This document shows, one piece after another, positions 37,387 to 50,631 of a stretch of DNA of 64,000 nucleotides. How positions within the stretch are numbered: the stretch's first letter is position 1; the number at the start of each line of letters is the position of its first letter. The notes below the pieces were generated by a model that was not told the DNA's origin, did not search any database, and saw nothing but the letters and a program-made list of their open reading frames with translations. Origin of the DNA: Octopus vulgaris (Eukaryota); the NCBI GenBank assembly GCA_951406725.2, contig OX597840.1, forward strand, positions 14,260,001 through 14,324,000. The letters are read 5' to 3'. Position numbers and translations under genes: made by a program.

Positions 37387-38908
37387 ATGATAATAATAAT
37401 ATATATATAGAGAGAGAGAGAGTGAAAGAGAAGAGAAAGAGATATAGACATAATATATATTTATCATATTTTGATGGAATTTGTATCAAAATATTTTTAG
37501 ATTCATACAATTAACTGTAGCTTAGAAACGATGTGAATTATGAAAGAAATTTATTTTACTTCCTAGTTAATCAGTTCATTTCATAAAAAATCCATAATAT
37601 AAGATATTTAAAAGAATTTATTTAGCTAACTCTTGCACATATGTTTCCGTAATAGCTATTTGAAAGATATCTGAAATATAAATATTTACAAATAAATATC
37701 TTATCAGTTTCTGAGCAATTGAAACCTAAATGTTTAAAATGAAGAAAAATATAGCATCCAATGTTTAAAGGTGAAGAATATAAACTTTGTGGCTGATGTA
37801 AAAGAACGGAAAGATAGAACGGAAAAAAGGATAATAATGGACAAAACAAAATATCAAAGGAAGGAGAATGTATAATAAATTAATGTACACAGGTGGATGC
37901 AGGGTAAGAAGCTTGCTTCTTAACCACATGATTCTACTCTGGGTTCAATTCCACTGTGTGGCACCTTGGGCGAGTGTCTTTTGCTGACCAAAGCATTGTG
38001 AATGGATTTGGTTGAAGGGAATTATAAAAAGCCCATCGTGTGTGTTTGTCCCTCACCACTGCTTGTGTTGGTTTGTTTACATCCCTATAACACAGCAGTT
38101 CAGCTAAATTAGACTGATATAATAGACTGATACATAGTACCAGGCTTCAAAAAACAAAAAAGGTAAAAGAAGTACTGAGATTGATCCATTCAACTATAAA
38201 TTCTTCGAGACAATGCTCCAGAATGGCCGCAGTCTAATGTCTGAAGTAGATAAAAGATATACTTACACATACATATACGCACATTTCTATATTTATAAAT
38301 AATCATTTTATGTTTGCTTTTCATGCTAGCATTGGTTGTTTGCTCTGACAGGATCCAATTGGTCAGGAATCAGAGAATCGCATCTTGTTCCAGTGTCAAA
38401 GTGTTGGCCTGGTCTCTATGGCTGGATGCCTTTCCTAATGCCAACCACTTTTCAATATGAACTGGGTACTTTTCGTGGTACCAGTTCTAGTGAGGTCACT
38501 TTGTAACTCGCTAGCAGTCCTCACTCCCTCAGCTGAACCTCCAAACATTTAAAACTTGTTGCTTAGCATTCTTGTTCACTCTTCCATTCTCTGTTATGTT
38601 TGGTTGGTTATGCACGAGACACCTGAAGATGCCAGAGGAAACAGCTGGAACAGTGTTTAGCATTGAGTCTACAACAACCAAACCAGAAATGACTGATGTA
38701 TCTTTTATCTTTCATCTTTAATTGTTTCAGTCATTAGACTGCAGCCATACTGGAGGACCACCTTGAAGAATTTTAGTTGAACAAATCCACTCCAATAGTT
38801 TAAAGCCTGGTACTAATTCTATCAGTCACTTTTTACCGAACCGCTAGGTTACAGAGACATAAACACACAAACACTGGTTGTCAAGCAGTGAGGCAGGGGG
38901 ACAAACAC

Positions 38909-38950
<42 letters not shown>

Positions 38951-38952
<2 letters not shown>

Positions 38953-39356
38953 TTTTACTCTTTTACTTGTTTCAGTCATTTGACTGTAGCCATGCTGGAG
39001 CACTGCCTTTAGTCGACCAAATCGACACCAGAACTTATTCTTTGTAAGCCTAGTACTTATTCTATTGGTTTCTTTTGCCGAACCACTAAGTTACGGGGAC
39101 ATAAACACACTAGCATCGGTTGCCAAGCAATGTTGGGGGGACAAACACAGACATACAAACACACACATATATATACATATACATATATACGACGGCCTTC
39201 TTTCAGTTTCCGTCTACCAAATCCACTCACAAGGCTTTGGTCGGCCTGAGGCTATAGTAGAAGACACTTGCCGAAGGTATCATGCAGTGGGACTGAACCC
39301 AGAATGTAACCATGTGGTTGGTAAGCAAGCTACTTACCACACAGCCACTCCTGTGC
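38951..39356 (-). mobile_element. SINE family A, full length; further minus copies at ~38700-38910, 40375-41070, 41262-41650, 43712-44118, 49840-50230, 54000-54450
   Basis: Reverse complement of the family consensus seen in other copies. Confidence 0.88.
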
Positions 39357-40750
39357 GATGAGCTTCTTTCAGTTTCCATCTACCGAATTCACTCACAAGG
39401 GTTTAGTCAGCCTAGCGTAATAATATTTTAAAATGTTCATACTTAAATTTAAATTTACCTTCAAGTTATGTTCAGAACAGAGGGTCCTTACTTATTTTTG
39501 TTTGTGTTATCCTCAGATAAGACCTTCAGTAGTGTCCCCTAGCCATCTCAGCCCTCCATGAGTATTTTAAGGGTTTTCAACTGAATGTTTATTTCAGTTG
39601 TTAAGCTTTTTTTAGTATAAGCATTTATCTGCTCTTTGCTTTGAGACCTTCAAATGACATGTTGCACACCCCCAGGGGTAAGAATTGCTCATAAGTTTCG
39701 TTCAGAGTGACCCTCTCATACAGGGGTTGCCATTCATGAATGAGATTTGTCTACCCTGGGAACAGTATATTTCGTTTGAAATGTTGTCATCTTAAGTTTA
39801 ACCTCTCCACTCCCGAAACAAAATTCCTGTGAAACTAAACCAGTTAAGGGAGTGATATTATAAAACACCCCAGCACACATAACGGAACTGAACACCCGTA
39901 AGACCACACATCCTAGCAACAAGCTGGCGTTAATCTCCCTGGCCATACTTTGTCATTGATTGCTTATAAAGAAACCTCAATGTCAAAGAGGAGAAAATTT
40001 CAACTCTGACATTAATTATAATAATAATAATAATAATAATAATAGCAAGGACAATAACAATAAACATCATCATCAACAATGACAACAACAATAATAATAA
40101 ACAAACATAACTGCTAATTGTACATCAATGAATAAAGACATCTGATTAAATAACAATAAGAATTCCCACTTAAAAACATTCCACCAGACAACGACAATAA
40201 AACTAGGCAAGTCTGGAGGCATCAACAAGTTTTGTTGAAGTTTGTTGTTGAAAACAAAAATAATGAAGAGAAATAATCAAATACAGGAGAGAAAATTAAT
40301 TTTGATTATAGAAAGCTATAATTGAATTAAACGAGTTTTATATATATATTTGTGTGTGTGTCTTTACCTTTTACATTTCTTTTATCTTGTTACTTGTTTC
40401 AATCATCAGAGTACGGCCATGCTGGGGCATCACCTCGAAGAATTTTTAGTTGAATGAATTGATGTATATTCGTTTGCGTGTTTCAGTTGTTAGACTGTGG
40501 CCATGCTGGGGTAGCACCTTGAAAAATTTTAGCCAAACGAATTGGCCCCACTTTTGTTAAGCCTCATATTTATTCTATCGATCCCTTTTGCTGAACTGTT
40601 AAGTTACGGGGACATAACCACACCACCACCAAGCAGTGGTGGAGGGACAAACAAAGACACAAAGCTACACACACACACACACACACACGTAAATATATAC
40701 AGCCATACGTACACACACATACATACATACATATATATATAGATATATAG

Positions 40751-40789
<39 letters not shown>

Positions 40790-40790
40790 C

Positions 40791-40845
<55 letters not shown>

Positions 40846-40858
40846 TACATATATATAG

Positions 40859-40912
<54 letters not shown>

Positions 40913-41138
40913 AGCTTCTTTCAGTTTCCCTCTACCAAATCCACTTACAAATTTTGGTTGGATTGAGGCTATAGTAGAAGACACCTGTCCAAGGTGCCAC
41001 GCAGAGGGACTGAACCTGGAACCATGAGGTTGGGAAGCAAGCTTCTTACCACACAGCCACACCTGCACCTACACACACACACACACGTATATATACATAT
41101 ATAGTTATATAAGCATATATAAAAATTGTATTTATGTG

Positions 41139-41169
<31 letters not shown>

Positions 41170-41648
41170 ATAAATGTATCTATATATGTATGTATTTGTA
41201 TATATATATGTGTATGTGTGTGAATGTGCTTTTAGGTGAGTATAGACATACATATATATTTTTGTCTTCTACTATTTCTGTCATCAGACTGTGGCCATGC
41301 TGGAGCATCACTTTGAAGAATCTTAGTTGAACAAATCAACTCCAGAACTTATTTTTTTGTTTTTAAACCTGTTTCTTATTCTACTAGCATCTTTTGCTGA
41401 ACCGCTAAGTTACGGGGACGTAAACACACCAACACTGGTTGTCAAATGACAGTGGGATACAAACACAGCCACAAACACATACACACACACACACATATGA
41501 GGGGCTTCTTTCAGTTTCCATCTGCCAAATCCACTCACGAGGTTTTGGTCAGCCAAAGACTATAGTAGAAGACACTTGCCCAAGGTACCATGCCATGGGA
41601 CTGAACCCAGAACTGTGTGTTTGGGAAGGAAACTTTTTCACCACACAA

Positions 41649-41682
<34 letters not shown>

Positions 41683-43177
41683 GCATATATGTGTATGTAT
41701 TTTCCATGCTTGCATGGCTGGGTAGAATTTTGTTGTGGCAGATTCTCTTTGGCTGGATGCCCTTCCTGTCACGAACCCTCACCTGCCTTGAACTAAGGTA
41801 ATATTGCTGCATGGCCAGACATGTTTTGGCATAAGATTGGAAACAAATGACATCACTTGCTTGAGGATGACATGTGCTTGCAAATATTGCAAAATATGAA
41901 GACAACAAGATAAGACACACGAATTGCAAATGATGCCAACAACAGTTTATTTTCTCAATTGCTATTCTCTCCTATTTCACATTAGTTCTCATCAGAGTAC
42001 AAGTATGTGTGTGTGTGTGTGTGTGCATGTGAGTCTGTAGTGGATGTGGGTGTAAATGATTTTGATCCAGAAGTGTCATAAAGAGTGCAAACTTGATTGT
42101 GGACATTCACGGGGATTCTTCTGAGAATATGCTTGCATATGTGTATGTATATATGTGTGTACTTATATATATGTGTGTGCATGTGTATCTATATGTATAT
42201 ATATCTATATACATATATACACACACACATATATATATGCATACATATATATGTGTGTGTGTGTGTATGTACATACATACACACATGTGTGTGTGTGGTA
42301 TACATATGTATGTATATACACACACACATACATGTTTGAATATATATATATATGTATATATATGTGTGTGTGTGTGTATACATACATACGTATACACACA
42401 CATATACATATGTATATATGTACATATGTGTGTTTATATATATATATATATATATAACAGCAATGAGTGGGTGTATAAATGTATGTATTGTTATTGCCAT
42501 CTTCATTATTACTGTTGCTGTTCTTGTTGGCTGTAGTAGTAGTAGTAGTAGTAGTAGTAGCAGTAGTTTGTATGAGTGCAACAGCATGTTTTCATATGCA
42601 CAGTGATGTGTTTGTGTTTTCCATGTGAATGCTTCGAGTATCTACACATGTGTGTGGATTGTGTGAGTATGTGTGTGGTTTAATACATGTAAATGTGTGA
42701 ACAGATGGCTATATGGATTGATGGAAGGAGAGAGAGAGAGGTGTGTATGTATGCGTGTATACATCAGTGTGTGTGTGTGTTGTGTGTGTGTTTGTTGTGT
42801 CAGCTGAGACACCGTGTATATAACAATACACGTGGGAAAAACTGAAGATCTGCGTAGGTGTGTATTGTCAATAAAGCGTATACATTTGTATATATAATAT
42901 TGTATTACAAACAGTTTGGGGATAAGTGGCACAAATGATCGACAAAAAAATCTACATGAAAAACAAGAAGTTGGTTCCTGGAAATTATCCCTTTATCAGC
43001 GCTTCAGACAATATTGTTCGTTCCAGCTGTGGCCGTAACATATTTGAGCTGTGACCTTCGATGTTGTTGAGCAACCAGTCCCAACCAACCAGTGTTCAAA
43101 TTATGTGTTATACCATTCATCCTTTCAATGGATAAATACTAAACATGGTTTTTCAGACCACCGTTTGACCTGTAAGG

Positions 43178-43535
43178 GTTACGTTGTGAGTTCAAATTCC
43201 GCTGAAGTCGACTTTACCTTTTATCCTTTCGGGGTCGATAAATTAAGTACTAGTTACGCACTGGGGTCGATGTAATCGACTTAATCCCTTTGTCTGCCCT
43301 TGTTTGTACCCTCTGTGTTTAGCCCCTTGTGGGTAATAAAGAAATAGGTATTTCGTCTGCCGTTACGTTCTGAGTTCAAATTCTGCCGAAGTCAACTTTG
43401 TCTTTCATCCTTTCGGGGTCGATAAATTAAGTACTAGTTACGCACTGGGGTCGATGTAATCAACTTAATACCTATGTCTGTACTTGCTTGTCCCCTCTAT
43501 GTTTAGCCCCTTGTGGGTTATAAAGAAATAGGTAT
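43178..43535 (+). repeat. Head-to-tail dimer (184-bp period) of a headless SINE B variant with an alternative tail
   Basis: GTTACGTT.TGAGTTCAAATTC at 43178 and 43362; both units end GCCCCTTGTGGGT.ATAAAGAAATAGGTAT. Confidence 0.85.
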
Positions 43536-44451
43536 ATGGTGGGTATGAAGATCAAACAAAAGCATGAAAATGAATATTTAGGGTTGATACGAAACAAATG
43601 AACTGAGAATTTAAATGATGTTTCAAGTGAAAGGATAATTTTAAGGCACGGAATGCAAAAGGCAGAAAAAATAGATAACGAAATGAATGAGCTATTGTTG
43701 GATGGTCATTTTCTTTTTTTTACATGTTTGTCATTTGACTGCAGCCATTCTGGAGCACTGCCTAAAGGGTTATTAGTCAAAGAAATCAACCCCAGGACAT
43801 TGTTTTTTTAGAACTTAGAACTTATTCTATTGAACTCTGAGTGAATCACCAAGTTACAGGGACATAAACACACCAACACCGGTTGTCAAGTGGTGATGGG
43901 GTTAGGGACAAACACAGACACAAAGACACACACATATATATACATATATATATATACAACAGTCTTCTTTCAGTTTCTATCTACCAAATCCACTCACAAG
44001 GCTTTGGTCAACCTGAGGCTATAGCAGAAGACACTTGCCCAAGGTGCCATGCAGTGGGTGGAACTAAACCCAGAACCATGTGGTTAGGAAGCAAGCTTCT
44101 TACTATGCAGCCTCACCTTTTTTTTTTTTTTTTGCTAAATAAACACATGTGCTATATCTTCATTCTTCACTCATTTATTACTGTTCTTTTTTCAACTCAT
44201 GTCCATTGGCTGGAAATCTTTTGTCACACACCTGTGACCTCTTCAGTGACACTTTCCACCTTTGCAAGAGCTCCTGCAAAAAAGAGTAAAAAAAGAAATG
44301 ACCATCCCAAAATACAACATTATCTGTTTCAACAAATTGTTTTGTGTCAGGAATCTTGCAACACAAATTCATAAACGAAATGAATGAGGGTTTTATTTAC
44401 ATGGAATCGAAGGGAGTTGTCCTAATAATTTAAATGAGTAGTGATAGTAAT

Positions 44452-44765
44452 TGAGAGACACATTGCCTAGTAGTTAGAGCAGTGGACTCGCAGTTGAAGG
44501 ATCACATGTTCAAATCTCAGACTGGGTGATGTGCATGTTTACGAGCAAAACACCTGAGCTCCACGCAGCTTCGACAGAAGGTAATGGTGAACTTCTGCTG
44601 ACTCTTTCACCACAACTTTCTCTGCACTATTTCTTCCTGCATCTTGCAGCTCACCAGTGACAAACTGGCACCCCATCCAGGTGGGGAGCCTATATGCCAA
44701 TGAAACCGGGAAACTGGCCCTTATGAGCCAAGCATGGCTCAAGATGGAACAAACAACAACAATGA
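44452..44765 (+). mobile_element. tRNA-derived SINE sharing its head with 56478-56856 but with a different (CAA)n-ended tail
   Basis: CCTAGTAGTTAGAGCAGTGGACTCG..GTTCAAATCTC head; AAAACACCT.AGCTCCAC and ACTCTTTCACCACAACTTT shared. Confidence 0.7.
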
Positions 44766-45817
44766 CAGTGATTGAAGTGGGCAGTGCCCAGGTTGGAAAG
44801 GGGCCAATAACTGAAACATAACCAAGTGGCATGTCTCACTTTATAATCCAAGACCACCATGTACCAAGAGTGTATGTTCTGGATATTCTAGGTGTGTGCT
44901 GCACATCCATTGAAAATGGCAAATTCTTTATAAATACTAACCTTACTCATTGGTTTAATCCCAAATCTTAATGGAGAACTTCTGTCATATTCTTGCTTGA
45001 AGTTTGGTGGCATTGGGTGTGGCAGCATACCCAGGACAACAACCACCATATGCCACTGGTATGTACCATGTTACATTACATAATCTAACCCAGCATTATT
45101 TAACCTAGTTTGTTATTTTTCTTCCTTTTTTGGGGGGGATCCTTAGTTTCTGGTGGAATTGTAGGGCTTTATTTTGAACCTGTATACTTCCAAAAAGACA
45201 GAGAAAGAGAAGAATCCATTCTTTTATTGGATTGGTACATGAATTATTGACCCTGAAAGCAGAAAAGATAAAGTTGACTTTGACAGGAATTGAACTCATA
45301 ATGCAGAGAATTTCTCTATCAAGTCTGCCAGTTTGCCATCTATGTCTGTCTGTCTGTTCATCCATCGATTTGTGTGTGCATGTATGTAAGTAAGTATTAC
45401 GTACAATATCATGTATGAATGCAGCATGGGTGAATGGTTAAGGTTTCAATCCCATTCCAAGACATTCTATGGCAAGTGACTTCTAATATAGCTCCATGTT
45501 GACCCAGGCTGTGTGAGCAAAATTGGGGAGATAGAAACTGTGTCTAATCCCATTGGATGGATTGTGTAGGGGATCCAAAATGATCCCAGCTCTGTCACAA
45601 GCTGTGTCATGTTGATTCTGCTTGAGAGGTTAAGATGGACACACATGCATGTGGAATACACAGCCACTTATGTTATTAAAAAACTTGTTTAATTGAACAA
45701 ACAACTGGAAAGTTAATCATTAAAACTGATCTAGATCCATTTACACCTGTTCCTACCTATTTACTGGTTTACACACATGCACACACACACATTCTCATGC
45801 ACATACACACACACACA

Positions 45818-45850
<33 letters not shown>

Positions 45851-46000
45851 CTACATGCACACTCTTTCACACACATTGACATCTAGCCTTGCCTATCAAT
45901 TTATTTACTCACACAAACACAACTCACATACACACACACATGCACTCATGCACACATGGATAGGCGCACAATTAATGGTAGTGTGTAGCGGTATGTGTGA

Positions 46001-46700
46001 AGGCACGTGACTTAGTGGTTAGGGCACTTAGATCACGATTGCAAGGTCATGAGTTCAATTCCCAGCAGCATATTGTATCCTTGAGCAAGACACTTTATTT
46101 CATGTTCCACTCAGCTGGCAAAAATGAGTTATATGTGTAATTCAAAAGGGCCAGCCTTGACACATTCTGTGTCACACTGAAGCTCCCCGAGAACTACATT
46201 AAAAGTAGATAGGCGCAGGAGTGGCTGTGTGGTAAGTAGCTTGCTAACCAACCACATGGTTCCGGGTTCAGTCCCACTGCGTGGCATCTCGGGCAAGTGT
46301 CTTCTGCTATAGCCCCGGGCCAACCAAAGCCTTGTGAGTGAATTTGGTAGATGGAAACTGAAAGAAGCCTGTCGTATATATGTATATATATATATATGTA
46401 TGTGTTTGTGTGTGTGTGTTTATCCCCCTAGCATTGCTTGACAACCGATGCTGGTGTGTTTACGTCCCCGTCACTTAGCGGTTTGGCAAAAGAGACCGAT
46501 AGAATAAGTACTGGGCTTACAAAGAAGAAATCCTGGGGTCGATTTGCTCGACTAAAGGCGGTGCTCCAGCATGGCCGCAGTCAAATGATTGAAACAAGTA
46601 AAAGAGTAAAGAGTAAAAGAGTACGTGTCTGTGGAGTACTCAGCCACTTGCACATTAACTTCACGAGCAGACTGTTCCATTGATCTGATCAACTGGGTGC
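46001..46700 (+). mobile_element. SINE C split by a young SINE A (46209-46622)
   Basis: Family C sequence stops at GAGAACTACATTAAAAGTA and resumes at CGTGTCTGTGGAGTACTCAGCC. Confidence 0.85.
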
Positions 46701-47174
46701 TTTTTATGTGGCACCAACACTTGTGAAGTGAGTTTGGCACAGTTTTTATGACTGGATGCCCTTCTTAAGACCAACCACTTTACAGGGTGGAGTGAGTGAG
46801 AAAGAGAGTGAGAGAGAGCAACAGTAAGAGAGAGCATGAGAGAGATGGGGGCAATTCTCAGAGTACAAGGATGTGAATGTAACAAATGGTAGAGGGTTAC
46901 CCAGGGTGTGTTCACGAGAATGCAAAATAGGAAGGGAGGGAGAGGGGGAATGCAGTTATGAAATCTGGGTATATAGGGAGGTACAACAGGATTGCAACGA
47001 TACAGATAGCAGTGGGAGAAGGACAAGATTGGGCTGCAGGAGTGGGGTGGAAGAGATGAGCAGAGGAGGAGAAGATGCGAGGAAAAGGACAAGAGATGTA
47101 GTTTGCTTTATTGGGATAGGGTATGTGAAATTAATGTTCCATGTGGGTGGAACACACAGCATTTCCAGAACTCA

Positions 47175-47430
47175 GTTTCACTGAGGTGGGTGAATCTTCT
47201 CAAGATCCTCATATTACCATGCGTCTCTGTCCATTGTCATCTCCTCTGTGAGGCCCAGTGCCCTGAGTTCAGTCCTCACTACTTCATTCTTTGTTTGCCT
47301 GGGTCTCCCTCTTTCACAGGTGCCATTCACTTTAAGCAATTGGCACTTCTTTATACAACTCTCCAGATTCCTGTGCTTCACATGTCCAAAGGAATTTAGT
47401 CTTCTTTCTTGCAGGCTTCATCTGATGCAT
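47175..47430 (-). pseudogene. RTE-clade LINE ORF C-terminal fragment
   Basis: Minus strand LQERRLNSFGHVKHR..VNGTCERGRPRQT..EVVRTELRALGLTEEMTMDRDAW, matching RTE motifs RLRWxGHV and RGRPR. Confidence 0.8.
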
Positions 47431-48599
47431 GGTTGTGTGTTATTGTGTGTTATAGTGCGGATTGTGTGTGTTTGTGTGTTTTTATATTTAGAAATGATAT
47501 CAGGAATTAAAGGTATTGTAAAAGAGTTTTACAAATGTAAAACGTGTGGTATTTGGGTAGGACGTGTTAAATTGCATGCCAGCCAAATATTGTGTGCAAA
47601 TGCTGTGAAAAATCATGTGTGCATGAAATATGAGGCACAGGTTATTTTCCAAATTAAACAGTTGTAGCATGAACATCATTTTAAAAAGAGTGTGCAGTGT
47701 AAGCCATCGAAATTGCATTCCGTAAGTAAATATTAATTAATCTCCTTTCTGTCAACATTTCAAATGTAAAACTTCTTCCTTGAAGATGGAGGCTGGTATT
47801 ATCTGATGATGGATTCAATTTACAATCATTATTTTGGATCCCTCAGCCCCCAGGAATAGCTGTGGGACTCATAAAACTCATATTCAACCCCTTTAATTCC
47901 TGTTTTTATATTTGTGTGTTTGTGTATGTGTGTGTTTGCAAGTTTATGAATGCAAGCAATATGGGGGTTTGTATAAGGCAACAAGAAGTCCCCAGGGTTA
48001 CATGAATACCTCAAGGTATAATAAAGTTCCTGATCCACTGTGTTGGGTACATCTACTCAAATGTGAACACATTCAGAACAAATTATGAATGAGGGTATTA
48101 AAATAGATAAAAATTTAAACAAAAACAAAGACTCTATGATAATCATATTAGAAGTTTTAGGTTCAAATGAATTGTGTGTGTGTGTGTACTATGTTATGTA
48201 TATCTATAATCAGTGCAAATAACGAGAAAATATAATGGAGAGAACTTACAATGTTTTCTGAATGAGGAGAGGTCTAACGACCTTTTGGCAGAATTGAAAT
48301 GACGTAGGTATGTATATATATACATACAGGAAATGAGCCAGGGACGAGACAGGTAATCTCATTTACTTCCTGTTAAAAAGGAGAGTTCAGAGTGGATAGT
48401 ATGAAATACAAGAGGGAGCTGCATATGGATCAGACTGTTTACCACCTACCTTTGAACAATCGAGGAGAAACTCTTTGGGTATTAAACCGGTTGTTACATA
48501 ATTTCAATCTTTGAATATTAATTCCGTGTTTGTACAATTTCTGTTGTTGTGATTCGAAGTTTACCCATTTTATACATAAGAATTTGCCTGATCGTAACA

Positions 48600-49450
48600 A
48601 CTATGATTACTATGCCAGATTGTTGAGGCAATTACAAAGGGCTATCAAAACCAAATACCCAGGCAAACTGACAAAAGGGGTCTTGTGTCATCAGGACAAT
48701 GCTCCGTTACACAAGTCTTAGGTTGCAATGGCAGTTGTGTATGACTGACTTTGAACAGCCTCCCAATTCTTCTGATCTGATCCCATCTGACTATCTCTTT
48801 ACTCTTTTACTCATTTCAGTCATTTGACTGTGGCCATGCTGGAGCACTGCCTTTAGTCGACCAAATCGACACCAGGACTTATTCTATGTAAGCCTAGTAA
48901 TTATTCTATTGGTCTCTTTTGCTGAACTGCTAATTTATGGGGACGTAAACACGCCAGCATCGGTTATCAAGCGATGTTGGGGGGACAAACACAGGCACAC
49001 ACATACACACACACATACATATATACAATGGGCTTCTTTCAGTTTCCGTCTACCAAATCCACTCACAAGACTTTGGTCGGCCAGAGGCTATAGTAGAAGA
49101 CACTTGCCCAAGGTTCCACACAGTGGGACTGAACCCAGAACCATGTGGTTGGTAAGCAAGCTAGTTACCACACAGCCACTCCTATGCCTATCATCTGTTC
49201 CTCCAACATGAGAAAACACTTGGTTTGGTACCAGTGTTGCAATGGTGATGACATCACATCTGCTGTTGATGACTTCTTTGACCATCAGGATGAAAGCTTC
49301 TGCACCAATGGGATCCAAACACTGGAACATAGATAGAAAAAGTGTTTGGACCACAAGAGGGGGGTGGGATTCTGTTGAAAAATAAACCTCATTTGATCAC
49401 AGTTCATGAGAATATCTTGCTCAGCCTATTAACTTTACAGCCAACCCTCA
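48600..49450 (+). mobile_element. Mariner 3' half, interrupted by a minus-strand SINE A (48796-49191)
   Basis: YYARLLRQLQRAIKTKYPGKLTKGVLCHQDNAPLHKS, PPNSSDLIPSDY|HLF, right TIR-like AACTTTACAGCCAACCCTCA|TA; CTATC duplicated around the SINE. Confidence 0.82.
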
Positions 49451-50631
49451 TACCCAAATACACACACACACAGAGGCACGCAACCACAATCCATGCACAC
49501 CAGTTTAATTGGCAATTGGCAAACCATATTTATTTTGAAGTCAGTGATAGAGTCTAATGTAACGAGTGAAATGATAGCAAATCTTCTCCTTCTCACCTTT
49601 TGCCTTAAAAAGAATAATAAATGCTAAAGGTGCATGGAGTAATGGAATCTTAGATATACTATACCTGCTTGGATGATTATGGGTTGGAATACTTTGAACA
49701 TAAGTTTATTTGATCAGGCCTGACCTAGGGTTAAATAAGCTACAACAAAAACGTATATATAGAAAATATGTTTACATTTCACTGTTATACTATAGTAAAG
49801 ATAATATAGTAGAGTATAATATACACATATGTATATCTTCTATCGTTTACTTTTTTCAGTCATTAGACTGTTGCCATGCTGGGGCATTGCCTTGAAGAAT
49901 TTTAATTGAACAAATCAATTCTTGTACATTTTATTCTTTTGTAAAGTCTGGTACTTATTCTGTTTTTCTGTTTTGTCAAACCACTAAGTTATAGGGATAT
50001 AAACACACCAACACTGGTTGTCAGGTGATAGTAGGGGACAAATACAGACACAAAGACATACACACACATGACAAGCTTCTATCAGTTTCCATCTACCAAA
50101 TCTACTCATTATGAACTTTGGTTGTCTTGGGGCAAGGCACTTTGGTTGCTCAAGGTGCCACACAATGGGACTGAAGCCAGAACCATGTGTTTGGGAAGCA
50201 AGCTTCTTACCACATAGCCATGCTTAATCCTATATATATCCTTATCTTCGAAACTCGGAGTAGATGAAACAGGGACAACTGATGAAGGGGAATATTCTTT
50301 ATGTTGCATGTCTCATTTCTCTGTTTTTTTCATTGTTCAAAACAAAAAGTTTGTTTTCTATGTTTTTGTTATGTTTTCGTTTCTCATTGTGTTTAACGTT
50401 TTATTTTGATGTCCTGTACCCATATATACATGTATATATACATATGTATGCAGGTATGTACATATATGTATGTATATATGCATACATTTATTCATTATTT
50501 ATATTATTATATGATCGAATGCCATGCATCCATTTCCAAGTAAGTTTTATATATATATGTAAATATATATATATATATATATATACATACATACATACAT
50601 ACATACATACATTCAAACACATACACACACA

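Noticed and set aside
39695-39735. Minus-strand CTGTATGA..GAAACTTATGAG hammerhead-like motif, and a similar weak one at 18695-18735
   Set aside because: Core and stems need several corrections; cannot be distinguished from chance by eye.
46209-46290. tRNA genes at SINE heads
   Set aside because: A/B boxes are present but they continue into SINE bodies and lack a complete cloverleaf.
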